Assembly (NCBI GenBank): GCA_963825525.1
Contig: CAWGTN010000001.1
Span: 160,001 to 224,000, forward strand
Source: an uncultured Chloroflexia bacterium
GTDB taxonomy: Bacteria; Chloroflexota; Limnocylindria; QHBO01
Direction: 5' to 3'
DNA: 64,000 nt
Under the pieces are notes generated by a model, which was given only the letters and a program-made list of their open reading frames with translations, made no database searches and was not told where the DNA came from. Each line of letters opens with the position of its first letter. Position 1 is the stretch's first letter. Shown here piece after piece: positions 1-16,494 of this stretch. A program made the position numbers and the translations under genes.

Positions 1-1
1 T

Positions 2-934
<933 letters not shown>

Positions 935-943
935 CTCGAACAC

Positions 944-967
944 CGCGGCGCCGGGGACGGCGCCGCG
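944..967 (+). other. GC-rich hairpin with GGGA tetraloop in the rpoB-rpoC spacer
   Basis: cgcggcgccg-ggga-cggcgccgcg is a perfect 10-bp stem; no U-tract follows. Confidence 0.55.
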
Positions 968-1065
968 CGTGTCCCACCATCGGTCCATCCTGAGCCGGGG
1001 TCTGGTCCACCCTGGCAACGAGCGCAGCAGCGACGTGGAGTCGCCGCAGGAGTCCGAAGCCGCTC

Positions 1066-5511
<4,446 letters not shown>

Positions 5512-5538
5512 CCGATCGCCCGATCCACCGAACCGTCA

Positions 5539-5568
5539 GAGGGGCGGCCATCGCGGCCGCCTCTCTTG
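5539..5568 (+). terminator. Putative terminator hairpin after rpoC
   Basis: gaggggcggcc-atcgc-ggccgcctctc followed by only tt, so the U-tract is weak. Confidence 0.5.
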
Positions 5569-5640
5569 GCGTCCGGTAACCCGTGGCGCCCCGGCTCAGC
5601 GGCTGGTGCTCCGCGCCGGCTTTTCGGCGGGCGCTTCCTG

Positions 5641-5773
5641 CCAACTGCCGTCCTGGTTCGCATTAGCCGGCCGGGACACCGAGAACTGGAGGGCAGTGAG
5701 CGTGAGCCGACCGCACCGGGCCGCTCCCATCCGCTAACGCCGTCCTGGTTTGCGTATGACCGGACGAGGCACC
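5641..5773. repeat. Imperfect ~35-nt direct repeat pair in the rpoC-rpsL intergenic region
   Basis: gccgtcctggtt is identical at 5647-5658 and 5739-5750, with similar flanks ending in cacc. Confidence 0.45.
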
Positions 5774-5872
5774 TCGACGTGACAAGCGCATCCCCTCGGG
5801 ACGCATGACACAACGAGGCCGCAGGCCGATCCGCACAACGGCCAATGAGAGTCGGTACACGACCCCCCTCAA

Positions 5873-5902
5873 TTGACACTCCATGGCGCCATTCCGTATA
5901 CT
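5873..5902 (+). promoter_or_regulatory. Sigma70-type promoter of the str operon
   Basis: TTGACA(5873-78)-18 nt-TATACT(5897-902). Confidence 0.85.
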
Positions 5903-6099
5903 CCGCCTTCGGTGTCCCGCCTGCGGGACGCCTTCGTGTGTGCCCGACTGCGAGCCGGACGAACAGCCGGACGAAGAGTCGGATCGGGCACCGTCGACGC
6001 ACCCGAGAATCGGCTGTCGAATCGGATCGCCGTGGGTCGCTTCGGCCAGCACGAATTGCAGACTTTGTTTCATTTGCGAGTACGAACGCGAGGTTCTCG

Positions 6100-6519
6100 T
6101 TGCCAACCATCAGCCAGCTGGTCCGCAAGGGTCGCAAGCCTTCGGTCAAGAAGGTCAAGGCTCCGGCGCTGCGCCGCACGCTGAACACCCTCAAGCAGAC
6201 CACGTCTGAGGGCCGAGGTGCGCCGCAGCGGCGCGGCGTCTGCCTGCAGGTCATGACGCGCACCCCGAAGAAGCCGAACTCGGCGCTTCGGAAGGTCGCG
6301 CGCGTGCGGCTGACCAACGGGATGGAGGTCACGGCCTACATCCCCGGGATCGGGCACAACCTCCAGGAGCACTCGATGGTCCTCGTCCGCGGCGGCCGCG
6401 TGAAGGACCTCCCGGCGGTGAAGTACCACATCATCCGCGGCACCCTGGACGCGGCCGGCGTCCGCGACCGACGCCAGAGCCGCAGCAAGTACGGCGCGAA
6501 GTCGCCCGGGAAGTCCTAG
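6100..6519 (+). CDS. rpsL: 30S ribosomal protein S12
   Basis: TTG start after [41 protein letters not shown]. Confidence 0.98.
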   Translation: MPTISQLVRKGRKPSVKKVKAPALRRTLNTLKQTTSEGRGAPQRRGVCLQVMTRTPKKPNSALRKVARVRLTNGMEVTAYIPGIGHNLQEHSMVLVRGGRVKDLPAVKYHIIRGTLDAAGVRDRRQSRSKYGAKSPGKS

Positions 6520-6521
6520 CC

Positions 6522-6995
6522 ATGCCCCGTCGTCCCACCATCGCGCGCAAGACCAAGTACCAGGAGCAGCTCACCGGCACCGCCCTGACGCTCAACCAGT
6601 TCACGCACAAGCTCATGTACGGTGGCAAGCGCCATCTGGCCCGTCGCATCCTCGAGGATGCGCTCTCGCGCTGCGAGGCACAGGCGGGTCGAGCCGGCGT
6701 CGAGGTGCTCGAGCAGGCGCTTCGCAACGCCATGCCGCTCCTCGAGGTCAAGCCGAAGCGCGTGGGTGGTTCCACCTATCAGATCCCCGTCGAGGTTCGC
6801 GCTGATCGGCGCGTCAGCCTCGGCATGCGCTGGCTCATCGAGTCCGCCCGCAAGCGCAACGGCCGCAGCATGTCCGAGAAGCTCGCCGGCGAGCTCATGG
6901 ATGCCAGCAACGGCATCGGTGCCGCCGTCAAGCGCCGCGAGGACACCCACAGGATGGCGGAGGCCAACCGCGCCTTCAGCCACTTCAAGTGGTAG
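6522..6995 (+). CDS. rpsG: 30S ribosomal protein S7
   Basis: [13 protein letters not shown] and [10 protein letters not shown] motifs; position in str operon. Confidence 0.98.
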   Translation: MPRRPTIARKTKYQEQLTGTALTLNQFTHKLMYGGKRHLARRILEDALSRCEAQAGRAGVEVLEQALRNAMPLLEVKPKRVGGSTYQIPVEVRADRRVSLGMRWLIESARKRNGRSMSEKLAGELMDASNGIGAAVKRREDTHRMAEANRAFSHFKW

Positions 6996-6999
6996 GCCG

Positions 7000-9105
7000 A
7001 TGACAACGCAGACCGCAGGGCGGTCACCGTCTGTCGGCGTGGCGTCGTTGCAGCGCACGCGCAACATCGGGATCATTGCCCACATCGATGCCGGCAAGAC
7101 CACCGTCACCGAGCGGATCCTCTTCTACACCAAGAAGATCTACAAGCTCGGCGAGGTCCATGAGGGCGCGGCCACCATGGACTGGATGGAGCAGGAGCAG
7201 GAGCGGGGGATCACCATCACCGCTGCCGCCACCACCTGCTTCTGGGATGACCACCGAATCAACCTGATCGACACGCCCGGCCACGTGGACTTTACCGTCG
7301 AGGTCGAGCGCAGCCTCCGCGTGCTCGACGGCGCCGTGGTCGTCTTCGATGGCGTTGCCGGCGTCGAGCCGCAGTCCGAGACGGTCTGGCGGCAGGCGGA
7401 CAAGTACCACGTGCCGCGCTTCTGCTTCGTCAACAAGCTTGACCGCACGGGTGCCGATTTCTGGCGCGTGGTCGACATGATCAAGGATCGCCTGGGCGTC
7501 AACGCGGTGCCGCTTCAGATTCCGATCGGCGCCGAAGACAAGTTCCGTGGCGTGATCGACCTCATCAACATGAAGGCCATCACCTACGGCAACGACCTGG
7601 GTGACCAGATCGACGTCGGTGACATCCCGGACGAGTTCCAGGCCAAGGCCGATGAGTGGCGCGAGAAGATGATCGAGGCGCTCGCCGATCTCGATGACGA
7701 TATCGCCCACAAGTTCCTCGAAGGCGAGCAGATCGATAGCGATCAGCTCCGCGCCGCGCTCCGCAAGGGGACGCTGGCCTACAAGATCGTGCCGGTCCTC
7801 ACCGGGTCGGCGCTCAAGAACAAGGGCGTCCAGCCGATGCTCGACGCGGTCATCGACTACCTGCCGAGCCCGCTCGATGTGCCGCCGGTTCACGGCACGG
7901 ATCCCAAGGCGATGACCGAGGTCGTGCGTCAGACCGACCCGGAAGAGCCGTTCTCGGCCCTGGCGTTCAAGATCGCGGCGGACCCGTTCGTCGGCAAGCT
8001 CGCCTTCTTCCGGGTCTACTCGGGCACGCTCAAGACCGGGTCCTACATCTACAACAGCACCAAGGGCCAGAAGGAGCGGGTCGGGCGCATCCTCCAGATG
8101 CACGCCAACCACCGCGAGGAGATCGAGTCGGTCAGCGCCGGCGACATCGCCGCGGCCGTCGGGCTGAAGAACACGACCACCGGCGACACGCTGTCCGCGG
8201 AGGACAAGCCGATCGTCCTGGAGTCGATCACCTTCCCGGAGCCGGTCATCGAGCTCGCAGTCGAGCCCAAGACCAAGGCCGACCAGGACAAGATGGCGAT
8301 CGCCCTCCAGCGGCTCGCCGAGGAGGACCCGACCTTCCGCGTCCACACGGACGAGGAGTCGAGCCAGACCCGCATCGCGGGCATGGGCGAGCTTCACCTC
8401 GAAGTCCTGGTGGACCGCATGTTGCGCGAATTCAAGGTGCAGGCCAACGTCGGCCGGCCGCAGGTCAGCTACCGCGAGGCGATCCGCAAGGGCGTCAAGG
8501 CCGAGGGCCGCTTCGTGCGCCAGACCGGCGGCAAGGGCCAGTACGGCCACGCCGTCCTGACGCTCGAGCCGCTCGAGCGCGGCGCCGGCTTCGAGTGGGA
8601 GTCCAAGATCGTGGGCGGCTCCGTGCCGCGCGAGTTCTGGCGCGCCATCGAGGCGGGGGTCACCGAAGCACTGGCCGGTGGCGTGGTCGCCGGCTTCCCG
8701 GTCATCGACGTCAAGGTGACCCTCATCGACGGCTCGTACCACGAGGTCGACTCGTCGGAGATGGCGATGAAGATCGCCGGCAGCATGGCGGCCAAGGACG
8801 GGGTGGCGAAGGCCGATCCCGCGATCCTCGAGCCGATCATGAAGGTCGAGGTCACGGCGCCCGAGGATTACATGGGCGACGTCATCGGCAACCTCAACAG
8901 CAAGCGCGGCCAGATCGACGGGATCGACGAGCGCGGCACGAGCCGCATGATCCAGTCACACGTCCCCCTGGCCGAGATGTTCGGCTACGCCACCGAGCTG
9001 CGGAGCATGACCCAGGGTCGTGCCACCTACTCGATGGAGTTCAGCCGCTATGCAGAAGTCCCTGGCAACCTCGCCAACGAGCTGATCGCAAAGTCGAAGA
9101 GCTAA
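7000..9105 (+). CDS. fusA: Elongation factor G
   Basis: [28 protein letters not shown]; start moved to ATG 7000. Confidence 0.99.
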   Translation: MTTQTAGRSPSVGVASLQRTRNIGIIAHIDAGKTTVTERILFYTKKIYKLGEVHEGAATMDWMEQEQERGITITAAATTCFWDDHRINLIDTPGHVDFTVEVERSLRVLDGAVVVFDGVAGVEPQSETVWRQADKYHVPRFCFVNKLDRTGADFWRVVDMIKDRLGVNAVPLQIPIGAEDKFRGVIDLINMKAITYGNDLGDQIDVGDIPDEFQAKADEWREKMIEALADLDDDIAHKFLEGEQIDSDQLRAALRKGTLAYKIVPVLTGSALKNKGVQPMLDAVIDYLPSPLDVPPVHGTDPKAMTEVVRQTDPEEPFSALAFKIAADPFVGKLAFFRVYSGTLKTGSYIYNSTKGQKERVGRILQMHANHREEIESVSAGDIAAAVGLKNTTTGDTLSAEDKPIVLESITFPEPVIELAVEPKTKADQDKMAIALQRLAEEDPTFRVHTDEESSQTRIAGMGELHLEVLVDRMLREFKVQANVGRPQVSYREAIRKGVKAEGRFVRQTGGKGQYGHAVLTLEPLERGAGFEWESKIVGGSVPREFWRAIEAGVTEALAGGVVAGFPVIDVKVTLIDGSYHEVDSSEMAMKIAGSMAAKDGVAKADPAILEPIMKVEVTAPEDYMGDVIGNLNSKRGQIDGIDERGTSRMIQSHVPLAEMFGYATELRSMTQGRATYSMEFSRYAEVPGNLANELIAKSKS

Positions 9106-9138
9106 GCACAAGCACTCAAGGAGCGACGAAGGACCAAC

Positions 9139-10342
9139 ATGGCCAAGCAGAAGTTCGACCGCAGCAAGCCGCACGTCAATGTCGGCACGATCGGGCACGT
9201 CGACCACGGCAAGACGACGCTGACCGCAGCGATCACGAAGTTCCTGTCGCTGTCCGGCGGCGCTGACTTCCGCGCCTTCGACCAGATCGACAACGCTCCC
9301 GAGGAGCGGCAGCGCGGCATCACGATCGCCATCAGCCACGTCGAGTACCAGACGGCCAACCGTCACTACGCTCACGTTGACTGCCCCGGTCACGCCGACT
9401 ACATCAAGAACATGATCACCGGCGCCGCCCAGATGGACGGCGCGATCCTGGTCGTGTCCGCCGCTGACGGTCCGATGCCGCAGACTCGCGAGCACATCCT
9501 CCTGGCTCGCCAGGTCGAGGTCCCGAGCCTGGTCGTGTACCTCAACAAGGTCGACATGGTCGACGACGAGATGCTCATCGACCTCGTCGAGATGGAGGTC
9601 CGCGAGCTCCTCAGCAAGTACGAGTTCCCCGGCGACGACGTCCCCGTCATCCGCGGCTCGGCGCTCAAGGCGCTCGAGTCCGGCAGCGACGACCCCGAGA
9701 GCGAGGACTACGCCTCGATCAAGGAGCTGATGGACGCGGTCGACAGCTACATCCCGACCCCGGCGCGCGAGACGGACAAGCCGTTCCTCATGCCGATCGA
9801 GGATGTCTTCGGCATCAAGGGCCGCGGAACCGTCGCCACCGGGCCGCATCGAGCGCGGCATCGTGAACACCGGCGAGACGATCGAGCTGGTCGGCATCCA
9901 TGCCAAGGTCCGCCCGCTGGTGGTCACCGGCGTCGAGATGTTCAAGAAGACCCTGGACGAGGGCCAGGCAGGCGACAACGTCGGCCTCCTCCTGCGCGGC
10001 ATCGAGCGCGATGAGCTCGAGCGCGGCCAGGTGCTCGCCAAGCCGGGCAGCGTGAAGCCCGGCACGAAGTTCAAGGCCGAGGTCTACGTCCTCTCCAAGG
10101 AAGAGGGTGGCCGCCACACGCCGTTCTATGCGGGCTACCGCCCGCAGTTCTACCTGCGCACGACCGATGTCACCGGCGCCATCGCGATGCCGGCTGGCGT
10201 CGAGATGATCATGCCCGGTGACAACGTCAACATCGACGTGGAGCTCATCACGCCGATCGCGATCGAGCAGGGTCAGCGCTTCGCGATTCGCGAGGGCGGG
10301 CACACGGTCGGTGCGGGCGTGATCACCGAGGTCATCGGCTAG
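9139..10342 (+). CDS. tuf: Elongation factor Tu (one +1 insertion near 9841, probable sequencing error)
   Basis: [21 protein letters not shown]; continues in ORF 9803..10342 ([17 protein letters not shown]). Confidence 0.97.
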
Positions 10343-10347
10343 CCGTT

Positions 10348-10656
10348 ATGGCCAAGCAGCGCATCCGCATCCGACTCAAGGCGTACGACCACAAGCTGCT
10401 CGACCAGTCGGCCGAGCAGATCGTGGAGACCGCGCAGCGCACCGGGGCCGACATCGCCGGCCCGGTACCGCTGCCGACCCGCATCGAGAAGTACACCGTG
10501 ATTCGCGGCCCGTTCGTTCACAAGGACGGCCGTGAGCAGTTCGAGATTCGGACGCACAAGCGCCTGATCGACATCATCGACCCATCGACCAAGACGGTCG
10601 ATGCGCTGATGCGGCTGTCCCTGGCCGCCGGCGTCGATATCGAAATCAAGATGTGA
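10348..10656 (+). CDS. rpsJ: 30S ribosomal protein S10
   Basis: [31 protein letters not shown]. Confidence 0.99.
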   Translation: MAKQRIRIRLKAYDHKLLDQSAEQIVETAQRTGADIAGPVPLPTRIEKYTVIRGPFVHKDGREQFEIRTHKRLIDIIDPSTKTVDALMRLSLAAGVDIEIKM

Positions 10657-10663
10657 AGCGCCC

Positions 10664-10685
10664 CGGGTGGGCATCGGCTCACCCG
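10664..10685 (+). other. Hairpin in the rpsJ-rplC spacer
   Basis: cgggtgggc-atcg-gctcacccg, 9-bp stem with one G-U pair. Confidence 0.45.
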
Positions 10686-10722
10686 AGGAACTTCCGCCAT
10701 CAGTTGAGAGGGAATCACCATA

Positions 10723-11347
10723 GTGCCGGCAGGATTGATCGGTAGGAAGCTCGGAATGATGCGAATCTTCGAGGACGACGGCAGCGTCGTCCCGGTGAGC
10801 GTCATCGAGGCGACCCCGAACACGGTCACGCGACTACGTGACGTCGAGAAGGACGGCTATGCGGCCGTGCAGCTCGGCGCCGGTGTCGCGCGCCGCTCGA
10901 CGAAGCCGGTCGCCGGCCAGTTCAAGCATCTCGACAAGGATCATCAGCGCCCGAAGCACGTGCGCGAGCTGCGCCTTGATGCCACGGATGGCTACGAGGT
11001 CGGCCAGCAGGTCGGCGTCGATCTGTTCGAGGCCGGCGAGCTGGTGGACGTCACCGGCGTCAGCAAGGGCACATGGCTTCACCGGCGTGATCGCACGCCA
11101 CAACTTCAAGCGTGGCCCGAAGACGCACGGATCGGACCACCACCGCGCTCCCGGATCCATCGGCGCCGGCACCTATCCGGGTCGCGTCTGGAAGGGAACC
11201 CGCATGGCCGGTCACATGGGCAACGAACGGGTGACCGTGAAGAAGCTCAAGGTCGTGAAGGTCGACGCCGAGCGCAACCTCATCCTGGTCAAGGGTGCGG
11301 TCCCGGGCGCACGCAACGGCCTGCTGCTCGTGCAGAAGGCGAAGTGA
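10723..11347 (+). CDS. rplC: 50S ribosomal protein L3 (+1 insertion near 11071)
   Basis: GLIGRKLGM...VDVTGVSKG, then [11 protein letters not shown]...HRAPGSIG...MAGHMG in the next frame. Confidence 0.96.
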
Positions 11348-11349
11348 CG

Positions 11350-11976
11350 ATGCCTCAGACGACGATCCTCAAGGCCGATGGCAAGGACGCCGGCAAGGTC
11401 GACCTCGCCGAGACGCTGTTCGGCGCCCCGATCAGCGAGGCGCTCATCCACCAGGCAGTGATTCGGCAGCTCGCCGGCCGACGTCTCGGGACGTCGAATA
11501 CGCTGACTCGCGGCAAGGTCAACGGCGGTGGCAAGAAGCCGTGGCGCCAGAAGGGCACCGGTCGCGCTCGCCAGGGCACGAAGACGGCACCGCACTGGGC
11601 CGGCGGCGGCGTGGTCTTCGGGCCGCACCCGCGCAGCTACGACGCAGAAGATGCCGTCGAAGATGCGCCGTGGCGCACTGCGCGGCGTGCTGACCGCCAA
11701 GCAGGCCGAAGGCGCGCTGCGGGTCGTCGAGGGCTTCGACCTCGACGAGTCGAAGACCAAGGCGATGCTGGGACGCCTCAGCGGCTGGAAGGCGGAGGGC
11801 AAGGTCCTCATCGTCCTCTCCGCCCGAGATCCGGAGGTCGAGCGTCGCGGCGCGGAACCTGCGCGAGGTGCGCGTGATCCTGGCCGACAGCCTGAACGTG
11901 GTCGATCTCCTCGAGGCCGATACGGTCGTCTTCACGCGCGATGCGCTCGATCGCGCCGCAGGAGGTGTACGCATGA
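11350..11976 (+). CDS. rplD: 50S ribosomal protein L4 (three +1 insertions near 11643, 11846, 11957)
   Basis: GGKKPWRQKGTGRARQG, GGGVVFGPHPR; later segments KMPSKMRRGAL and LNVVDLLEAD lie in shifted frames. Confidence 0.94.
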
Positions 11977-12269
11977 CCGCCAACAGCCTGCACGACGTGC
12001 TGCTTCGCCCCGTGATCAGCGAGAAGAGCACGCTCGAGACCGAGCGCAACAACTACACGTTCGCCGTCGCGCGCGACGCGAACAAGTTCCTCATCAAGGC
12101 AGCCGTCGAGGCGGAGTTCAAGGTGACCGTCCTCGGCGTGCGGGTCGTCAGCGTCCGTCCCAAGCAGAAGCGGCGCGGCCGCAAGACGATGGGCACGGTT
12201 CCGGGCTGGAAGAAGGCCATCGTGACGATCGCGCCGGGTGACAAGATCGAACTCTTCGAGGCCGTCTGA
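11973..12269 (+). CDS. rplW: 50S ribosomal protein L23
   Basis: RPVISEKS, IKAAVE, WKKAIVT; ATG 11973 after GGAGG. Confidence 0.96.
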   Translation: MTANSLHDVLLRPVISEKSTLETERNNYTFAVARDANKFLIKAAVEAEFKVTVLGVRVVSVRPKQKRRGRKTMGTVPGWKKAIVTIAPGDKIELFEAV

Positions 12270-12271
12270 CG

Positions 12272-13108
12272 ATGCCACTTCGCAATTACCGACCGACGTC
12301 GCCGGGTCTTCGACAGATGACCCGATCGACGTTCGAGGAGATCACCGCCGACAGCCCGCACAAGCCGCTCACCGAGAAGCTGGTGCGGCGCGCCGGGCGC
12401 AACAGCCAGGGCAAGCTGACCGTTCGCCACCAGGGCAGCGGGCACAAGCGCCAGTATCGCGTCATCGACTGGAAGCGCGACAAGGTCGGCGTGCCCGCGC
12501 AAGATCGCGACGGTCGAGTACGACCCGAACCGATCGGCGCGCATCGGCCTGCTGCACTACGCCGACGGCGAGAAGCGCTACATGCTGCTGCCGCACGGCC
12601 TGAAGGTCGGCGACTCGCGTCGCCTCCGGCCCCGATGTCGAGGCGCGAACCGGGCAACGCTCTGCCGCTGAGCCGCATCCCGCTGGGCACCCAGATCCAC
12701 AACATCGAGCTGGTCGCCGGCCGTGGTGGCCAGATCGTGCGAAGCGCCGGCAGCAGCGCCCAGCTGCTCGCCAAGGAGGGGAACTTCGCGACCATTCGAC
12801 TGCCGTCGGACGAGGTGCGCCGCGTGCGCATCGAATGCATGGCGACCATCGGCCAGGTGAGCAACCTGGATCACGAGAACCAGAAGATCGGCAAGGCCGG
12901 TCGTTCGCGCCACATGGGCCGTCGGCCCGAGGTGCGCGGATCGGCCATGAACCCGCGCGACCATCCGCACGGCGGTGGCGAGGGCAAGCAGCCCACCGGC
13001 ATGCCGCCGAAGACCAAGTGGGGCAAGCCGGCCATGGGCCTGCGGACCCGCGTCAAGAAGAACAAGAGCAACAAGCTGATCGTTCGCCGTCGGTACGGAC
13101 GGGGTTAG
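12272..13108 (+). CDS. rplB: 50S ribosomal protein L2 (three compensating +1 insertions near 12500, 12618, 12649)
   Basis: [12 protein letters not shown] and [18 protein letters not shown]; [10 protein letters not shown] sits in a shifted frame. Confidence 0.96.
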   Translation: MPLRNYRPTSPGLRQMTRSTFEEITADSPHKPLTEKLVRRAGRNSQGKLTVRHQGSGHKRQYRVIDWKRDKVGVPAQDRDGRVRPEPIGAHRPAALRRRREALHAAAARPEGRRLASPPAPMSRREPGNALPLSRIPLGTQIHNIELVAGRGGQIVRSAGSSAQLLAKEGNFATIRLPSDEVRRVRIECMATIGQVSNLDHENQKIGKAGRSRHMGRRPEVRGSAMNPRDHPHGGGEGKQPTGMPPKTKWGKPAMGLRTRVKKNKSNKLIVRRRYGRG

Positions 13109-13118
13109 GAGCGTAGAG

Positions 13119-13403
13119 ATGAGTCGTTCCATCAAGAAGGGACCATTCGTCGACGCGCGCCTGCTCGGCCGCATCGACGACATGAACAAGCGCAGCGAGC
13201 GGAAGGTGCTGAAGACCTGGTCGCGCGCGAGCGTGATCTTCCCGCAGATGATCGGGCACACGATCGCCGTCCACGACGGACGCCGGCACGTGCCCGTCTT
13301 CGTCAGCGAGAACATGGTCGGGCATCGGCTCGGCGAGTTCGCTCCGACGCGCACCTACCGCGGCCACGGCAAGGCCACGGACCGATCGACGGCGTTGAAG
13401 TAG
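13119..13403 (+). CDS. rpsS: 30S ribosomal protein S19
   Basis: [30 protein letters not shown]. Confidence 0.99.
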   Translation: MSRSIKKGPFVDARLLGRIDDMNKRSERKVLKTWSRASVIFPQMIGHTIAVHDGRRHVPVFVSENMVGHRLGEFAPTRTYRGHGKATDRSTALK

Positions 13404-13408
13404 GACCG

Positions 13409-13753
13409 ATGCGAGTGAGCGCGACGGCAAAGTACATCCGGATCAGCCCGCGCAAGGTGCGGCTGGTCACCGACCTCATCGCCGGCAAGCCGGTCGAGGA
13501 GGCTGCGGCCATCCTGCGCTTCCTGCCGAACGCGGCAGCGAAGGACGTGGCAAAGGTGCTGAAGAGCGCCACCGCCAACGCCGAGAACAACTACAACCTG
13601 TCGGCCGATGAGCTGCACGTGGTGAGCGCGGTCGGCCGACGAGGGCCCGACCCTGAAGCGCTGGACGCCCGCGGGCCCAGGGCCGCTACGTTCGGAATTC
13701 TGAAGCGAACCAGCCACATCACCGTCGCCGTGGCTGACCGAGAGGAGTCGTAG
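13409..13753 (+). CDS. rplV: 50S ribosomal protein L22 (three compensating +1 insertions near 13634, 13665, 13687)
   Basis: RISPRKVRLV, SATANAENN, KRTSHIT; DEGPTLKRW and RPRAQGR are recovered after removing the extra bases. Confidence 0.95.
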   Translation: MRVSATAKYIRISPRKVRLVTDLIAGKPVEEAAAILRFLPNAAAKDVAKVLKSATANAENNYNLSADELHVVSAVGRRGPDPEALDARGPRAATFGILKRTSHITVAVADREES

Positions 13754-14866
13754 ATGGGTCACAAGGTTCACCCCTACGGCTTCCGGATCGGCATCATCAA
13801 GCCCTGGCTGGCGAAGTGGTACGCGGACCGCGACTACGCGACCCTGCTCCAGGAGGACATGCGGATCCGGGAGCTGGTCGCGAAGCAGCTGTCGAACGCG
13901 AGCGTCAGCCAGGTCGAGATCGAGCGCGGCATCAACCACGTCACCGTCACGGTGCACACGGCCAAGCCGGGGATCGTGATCGGCAAGGGCGGCGCGAACG
14001 TCGAGGCGCTGCGCACGAACATCGGCAAGCTGACGAACAAGAAGGTCAAGCTCGAGATCAAGGAGATCCTCCAGCCCGAGCTCGACGGCATGCTGCTGGC
14101 CCAGAACGTGGCCGGGCAGCTGGAGCGGCGCATCGCGTTCCGCAAGGCGATCAAGCAGTCGATCCAGCGCACCATCAAGGCCGGCGCCAAGGGCGTGAAG
14201 ATCCAGGTCTCCGGTCGCCTCGGCGGCTCCGAGATGAGCCGCACCGAGTGGGACAAGGAGGGGCGCATTCCGCTCGGGACCCTGCGCGCCGACATCAGCT
14301 ACGGCGTCGTCCACGCCCACACGACCTACGGACGCATCGGCGTCAAGGCGTGGGTGTACCGCGGCGAGCAGCTCGGCGAGCGGCCGGGCAGTGCCAGGAC
14401 CGAACCTCGGGCACCGCGACGCGGCACGGCCGGAGCACGAACCCGACCGGCGGCCAGGACGAACGGCGGCGCGGGCCAGGCGGCCCCGGCACCGGCGTCC
14501 GAAGCCCCCGCACGCGCCGCAGTCGAGGTTGACGCACCGAAGCCCGTGGCGGAGCAGCCCCGGGTCGAGCAGCCGGCGGTGACCGAGGCGCCGAAGGCCG
14601 CTGCACCCAAGGCCGCTGCACCCAAGGTCGAGCAGCCGAAGGAGACCGAGGCGCCGAAGGCCGATGCACCGAAGCGGGCATCGCGGGCCAAGGCGGCCAC
14701 GACTCCGGCTGGCGGAGCCGATGCGCCGGCTGCGGATGACGCGCCGGCCGCGAGCAAGTCGTCAGCGGCGAAGCCGAAGGCAGCCAGCAAGCCGAAGGCC
14801 GCGAAGACTGCCAAGCCCAAGGTCGATGCCTCAGCCGGCGACGATTCGCCCGCGAAGGAGTCCTGA
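13754..14866 (+). CDS. rpsC: 30S ribosomal protein S3 with long Ala/Pro/Lys-rich C-terminal tail
   Basis: [35 protein letters not shown]. Confidence 0.98.
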   Translation: MGHKVHPYGFRIGIIKPWLAKWYADRDYATLLQEDMRIRELVAKQLSNASVSQVEIERGINHVTVTVHTAKPGIVIGKGGANVEALRTNIGKLTNKKVKLEIKEILQPELDGMLLAQNVAGQLERRIAFRKAIKQSIQRTIKAGAKGVKIQVSGRLGGSEMSRTEWDKEGRIPLGTLRADISYGVVHAHTTYGRIGVKAWVYRGEQLGERPGSARTEPRAPRRGTAGARTRPAARTNGGAGQAAPAPASEAPARAAVEVDAPKPVAEQPRVEQPAVTEAPKAAAPKAAAPKVEQPKETEAPKADAPKRASRAKAATTPAGGADAPAADDAPAASKSSAAKPKAASKPKAAKTAKPKVDASAGDDSPAKES

Positions 14867-14869
14867 CCG

Positions 14870-15298
14870 ATGTTGATGCCCAAGCGGGTCAAGCACCGCA
14901 AGGTGCAGCGCGGTCGGCGTCGTGGCCTGGCCAAGGGCGGCACGCTCGTCAGCTTTGGCGAGTACGGCCTGATGGCGGAGGAGGTCTGCTGGCTGACCAG
15001 CCGTCAGATCGAGGCGGCGCGGCGAGCGATGACCCACCACATCAAGCGCGGCGGGCGCGTATGGATCCGGGTCTTCCCGGACAAGCCCGTCACGAAGAAG
15101 CCGGCGGAGGTCCGAATGGGCTCGGGCAAGGGCGCCCCCGACCACTGGGTCGCGGTGGTCAAGCCGGGCCGGGTGATGTTCGAGATGTCCGGCGTGCCGG
15201 AGCCGATCGCCCGCGAGGCCATGCGCCTTGCCAGCCACAAGCTGCCGATCAGCACGAAGTTCGTTCTCAAGGAAGGGCATGACCATGGACATCAGTGA
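14870..15298 (+). CDS. rplP: 50S ribosomal protein L16
   Basis: [26 protein letters not shown]. Confidence 0.99.
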   Translation: MLMPKRVKHRKVQRGRRRGLAKGGTLVSFGEYGLMAEEVCWLTSRQIEAARRAMTHHIKRGGRVWIRVFPDKPVTKKPAEVRMGSGKGAPDHWVAVVKPGRVMFEMSGVPEPIAREAMRLASHKLPISTKFVLKEGHDHGHQ

Positions 15299-15509
15299 GG
15301 TTCGGGCCCTCTCCGAGAAGGACCTCGAGGGCGCACTGCGCGATGCGAAGCAGGAGCTGTGGAAGGTCCGCTTCGACCTCGCCACGCGACAGGAAAGCAA
15401 CTACAGCAGGCTGCCGGCGACCCGCAAGCGGATCGCTCGCATCCTGACCGTCATGACTGAGCGACAGCACGCCGCCGACGCGGCCGCTGCCGCAGAGAAG
15501 GCCAGCTGA
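15285..15509 (+). CDS. rpmC: 50S ribosomal protein L29
   Basis: KQELWKVRF...[10 protein letters not shown]; operon position (start 15279 or 15285). Confidence 0.93.
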   Translation: MDISEVRALSEKDLEGALRDAKQELWKVRFDLATRQESNYSRLPATRKRIARILTVMTERQHAADAAAAAEKAS

Positions 15510-15793
15510 TGCAGGGCAAACGAAAGACCAAGATCGGACGCGTCGTGTCCGACAAGATGGACAAGACCGTCGTCGTGAGCGTCGAACGACTGCGCAGGCA
15601 CCCGATCTACAAGCGGGTCGTGCGCCTCAGCAGCAAGTTCAAGGCACATGACGCGGAGAACTCGGCGCGAGTCGGCGACACCGTGCGCATCGAGGAGAGC
15701 CGTCCGCTCTCCGCCGAGAAGCGCTGGACGGTCGTCGAGGTCGTGGCGCGCGGCTCGCACGAAGAGCTGATCGACGGGACGGAGCAGGCATGA
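15509..15793 (+). CDS. rpsQ: 30S ribosomal protein S17
   Basis: [23 protein letters not shown]. Confidence 0.98.
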   Translation: MQGKRKTKIGRVVSDKMDKTVVVSVERLRRHPIYKRVVRLSSKFKAHDAENSARVGDTVRIEESRPLSAEKRWTVVEVVARGSHEELIDGTEQA

Positions 15794-16158
15794 TCCAGAA
15801 GTACAGCAGGCTGCGCGTGGCCGACAATTCCGGCGCGCGAACGCTGATGTGCATCTCCGTCATCGGCCGCTCGACGAGCGACACCGCCGAGGTCGGCGAC
15901 GTCATCGTGGCCAGCGTCAAGCAGGCGCTGCCGAACGCTGCCGTGAAGAAGGGCGAGGTCGTGCGTGCCGTCGTGGTCCGCACCACCAAGGAGTACGGCC
16001 GCCCGGACGGCAGCCACATCCGCTTCGACGAGAACGCCGCCGTCCTCATCACGCCGCAGGGCAGCCCGCGCGGTACTCGCATCTTCGGGCCGGTTGCCCG
16101 CGAGCTGCGTGAGCGCAACTACATGAAGATCGTCTCGCTCGCCCCGGAGGTGCTCTAG
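15790..16158 (+). CDS. rplN: 50S ribosomal protein L14
   Basis: [26 protein letters not shown]. Confidence 0.99.
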   Translation: MIQKYSRLRVADNSGARTLMCISVIGRSTSDTAEVGDVIVASVKQALPNAAVKKGEVVRAVVVRTTKEYGRPDGSHIRFDENAAVLITPQGSPRGTRIFGPVARELRERNYMKIVSLAPEVL

Positions 16159-16494
16159 ATGAACGTGCGAAGGGGTGACACCGTCATCGTCCTGGCCGGA
16201 AAGGACCGCGGCAAGCGCGGCACCGTCGACCGGGTCGAGAAGACGAAGCGAGGCTTCGGTGTCGTGATACCCGGAATCAACATGGCCAAGCGCCACCAGC
16301 GCGCGCGGTCGCGAACGCAGACGGCCGGCATCATCGACCTGCCGGTGCCGATTCACGTCAGCAACGTCCAGGTCGTGTGCCCGCGGTGTGATCGACCGAC
16401 GCGCGTCGGCCACACCAAGACCGAGGGCGAGCACGCCCAGCGGACGCGGGTCTGCAAGCAGTGCGGCGAGCAGATCGAGGTGACAAGCAAGTGA
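16159..16494 (+). CDS. rplX: 50S ribosomal protein L24
   Basis: KOW motif [23 protein letters not shown], two CxxC pairs. Confidence 0.97.
   Translation: MNVRRGDTVIVLAGKDRGKRGTVDRVEKTKRGFGVVIPGINMAKRHQRARSRTQTAGIIDLPVPIHVSNVQVVCPRCDRPTRVGHTKTEGEHAQRTRVCKQCGEQIEVTSK

Noticed and set aside
10723-12269. Apparent L3-L4 and L4-L23 fusion ORFs
   Set aside because: Artefacts of the single-base insertions
9139-13753. Pseudogenes or programmed frameshifting in tuf, rplC, rplD, rplB and rplV
   Set aside because: These are essential genes with otherwise intact sequence, insertion-only errors and no slippery sites; sequencing error is more likely
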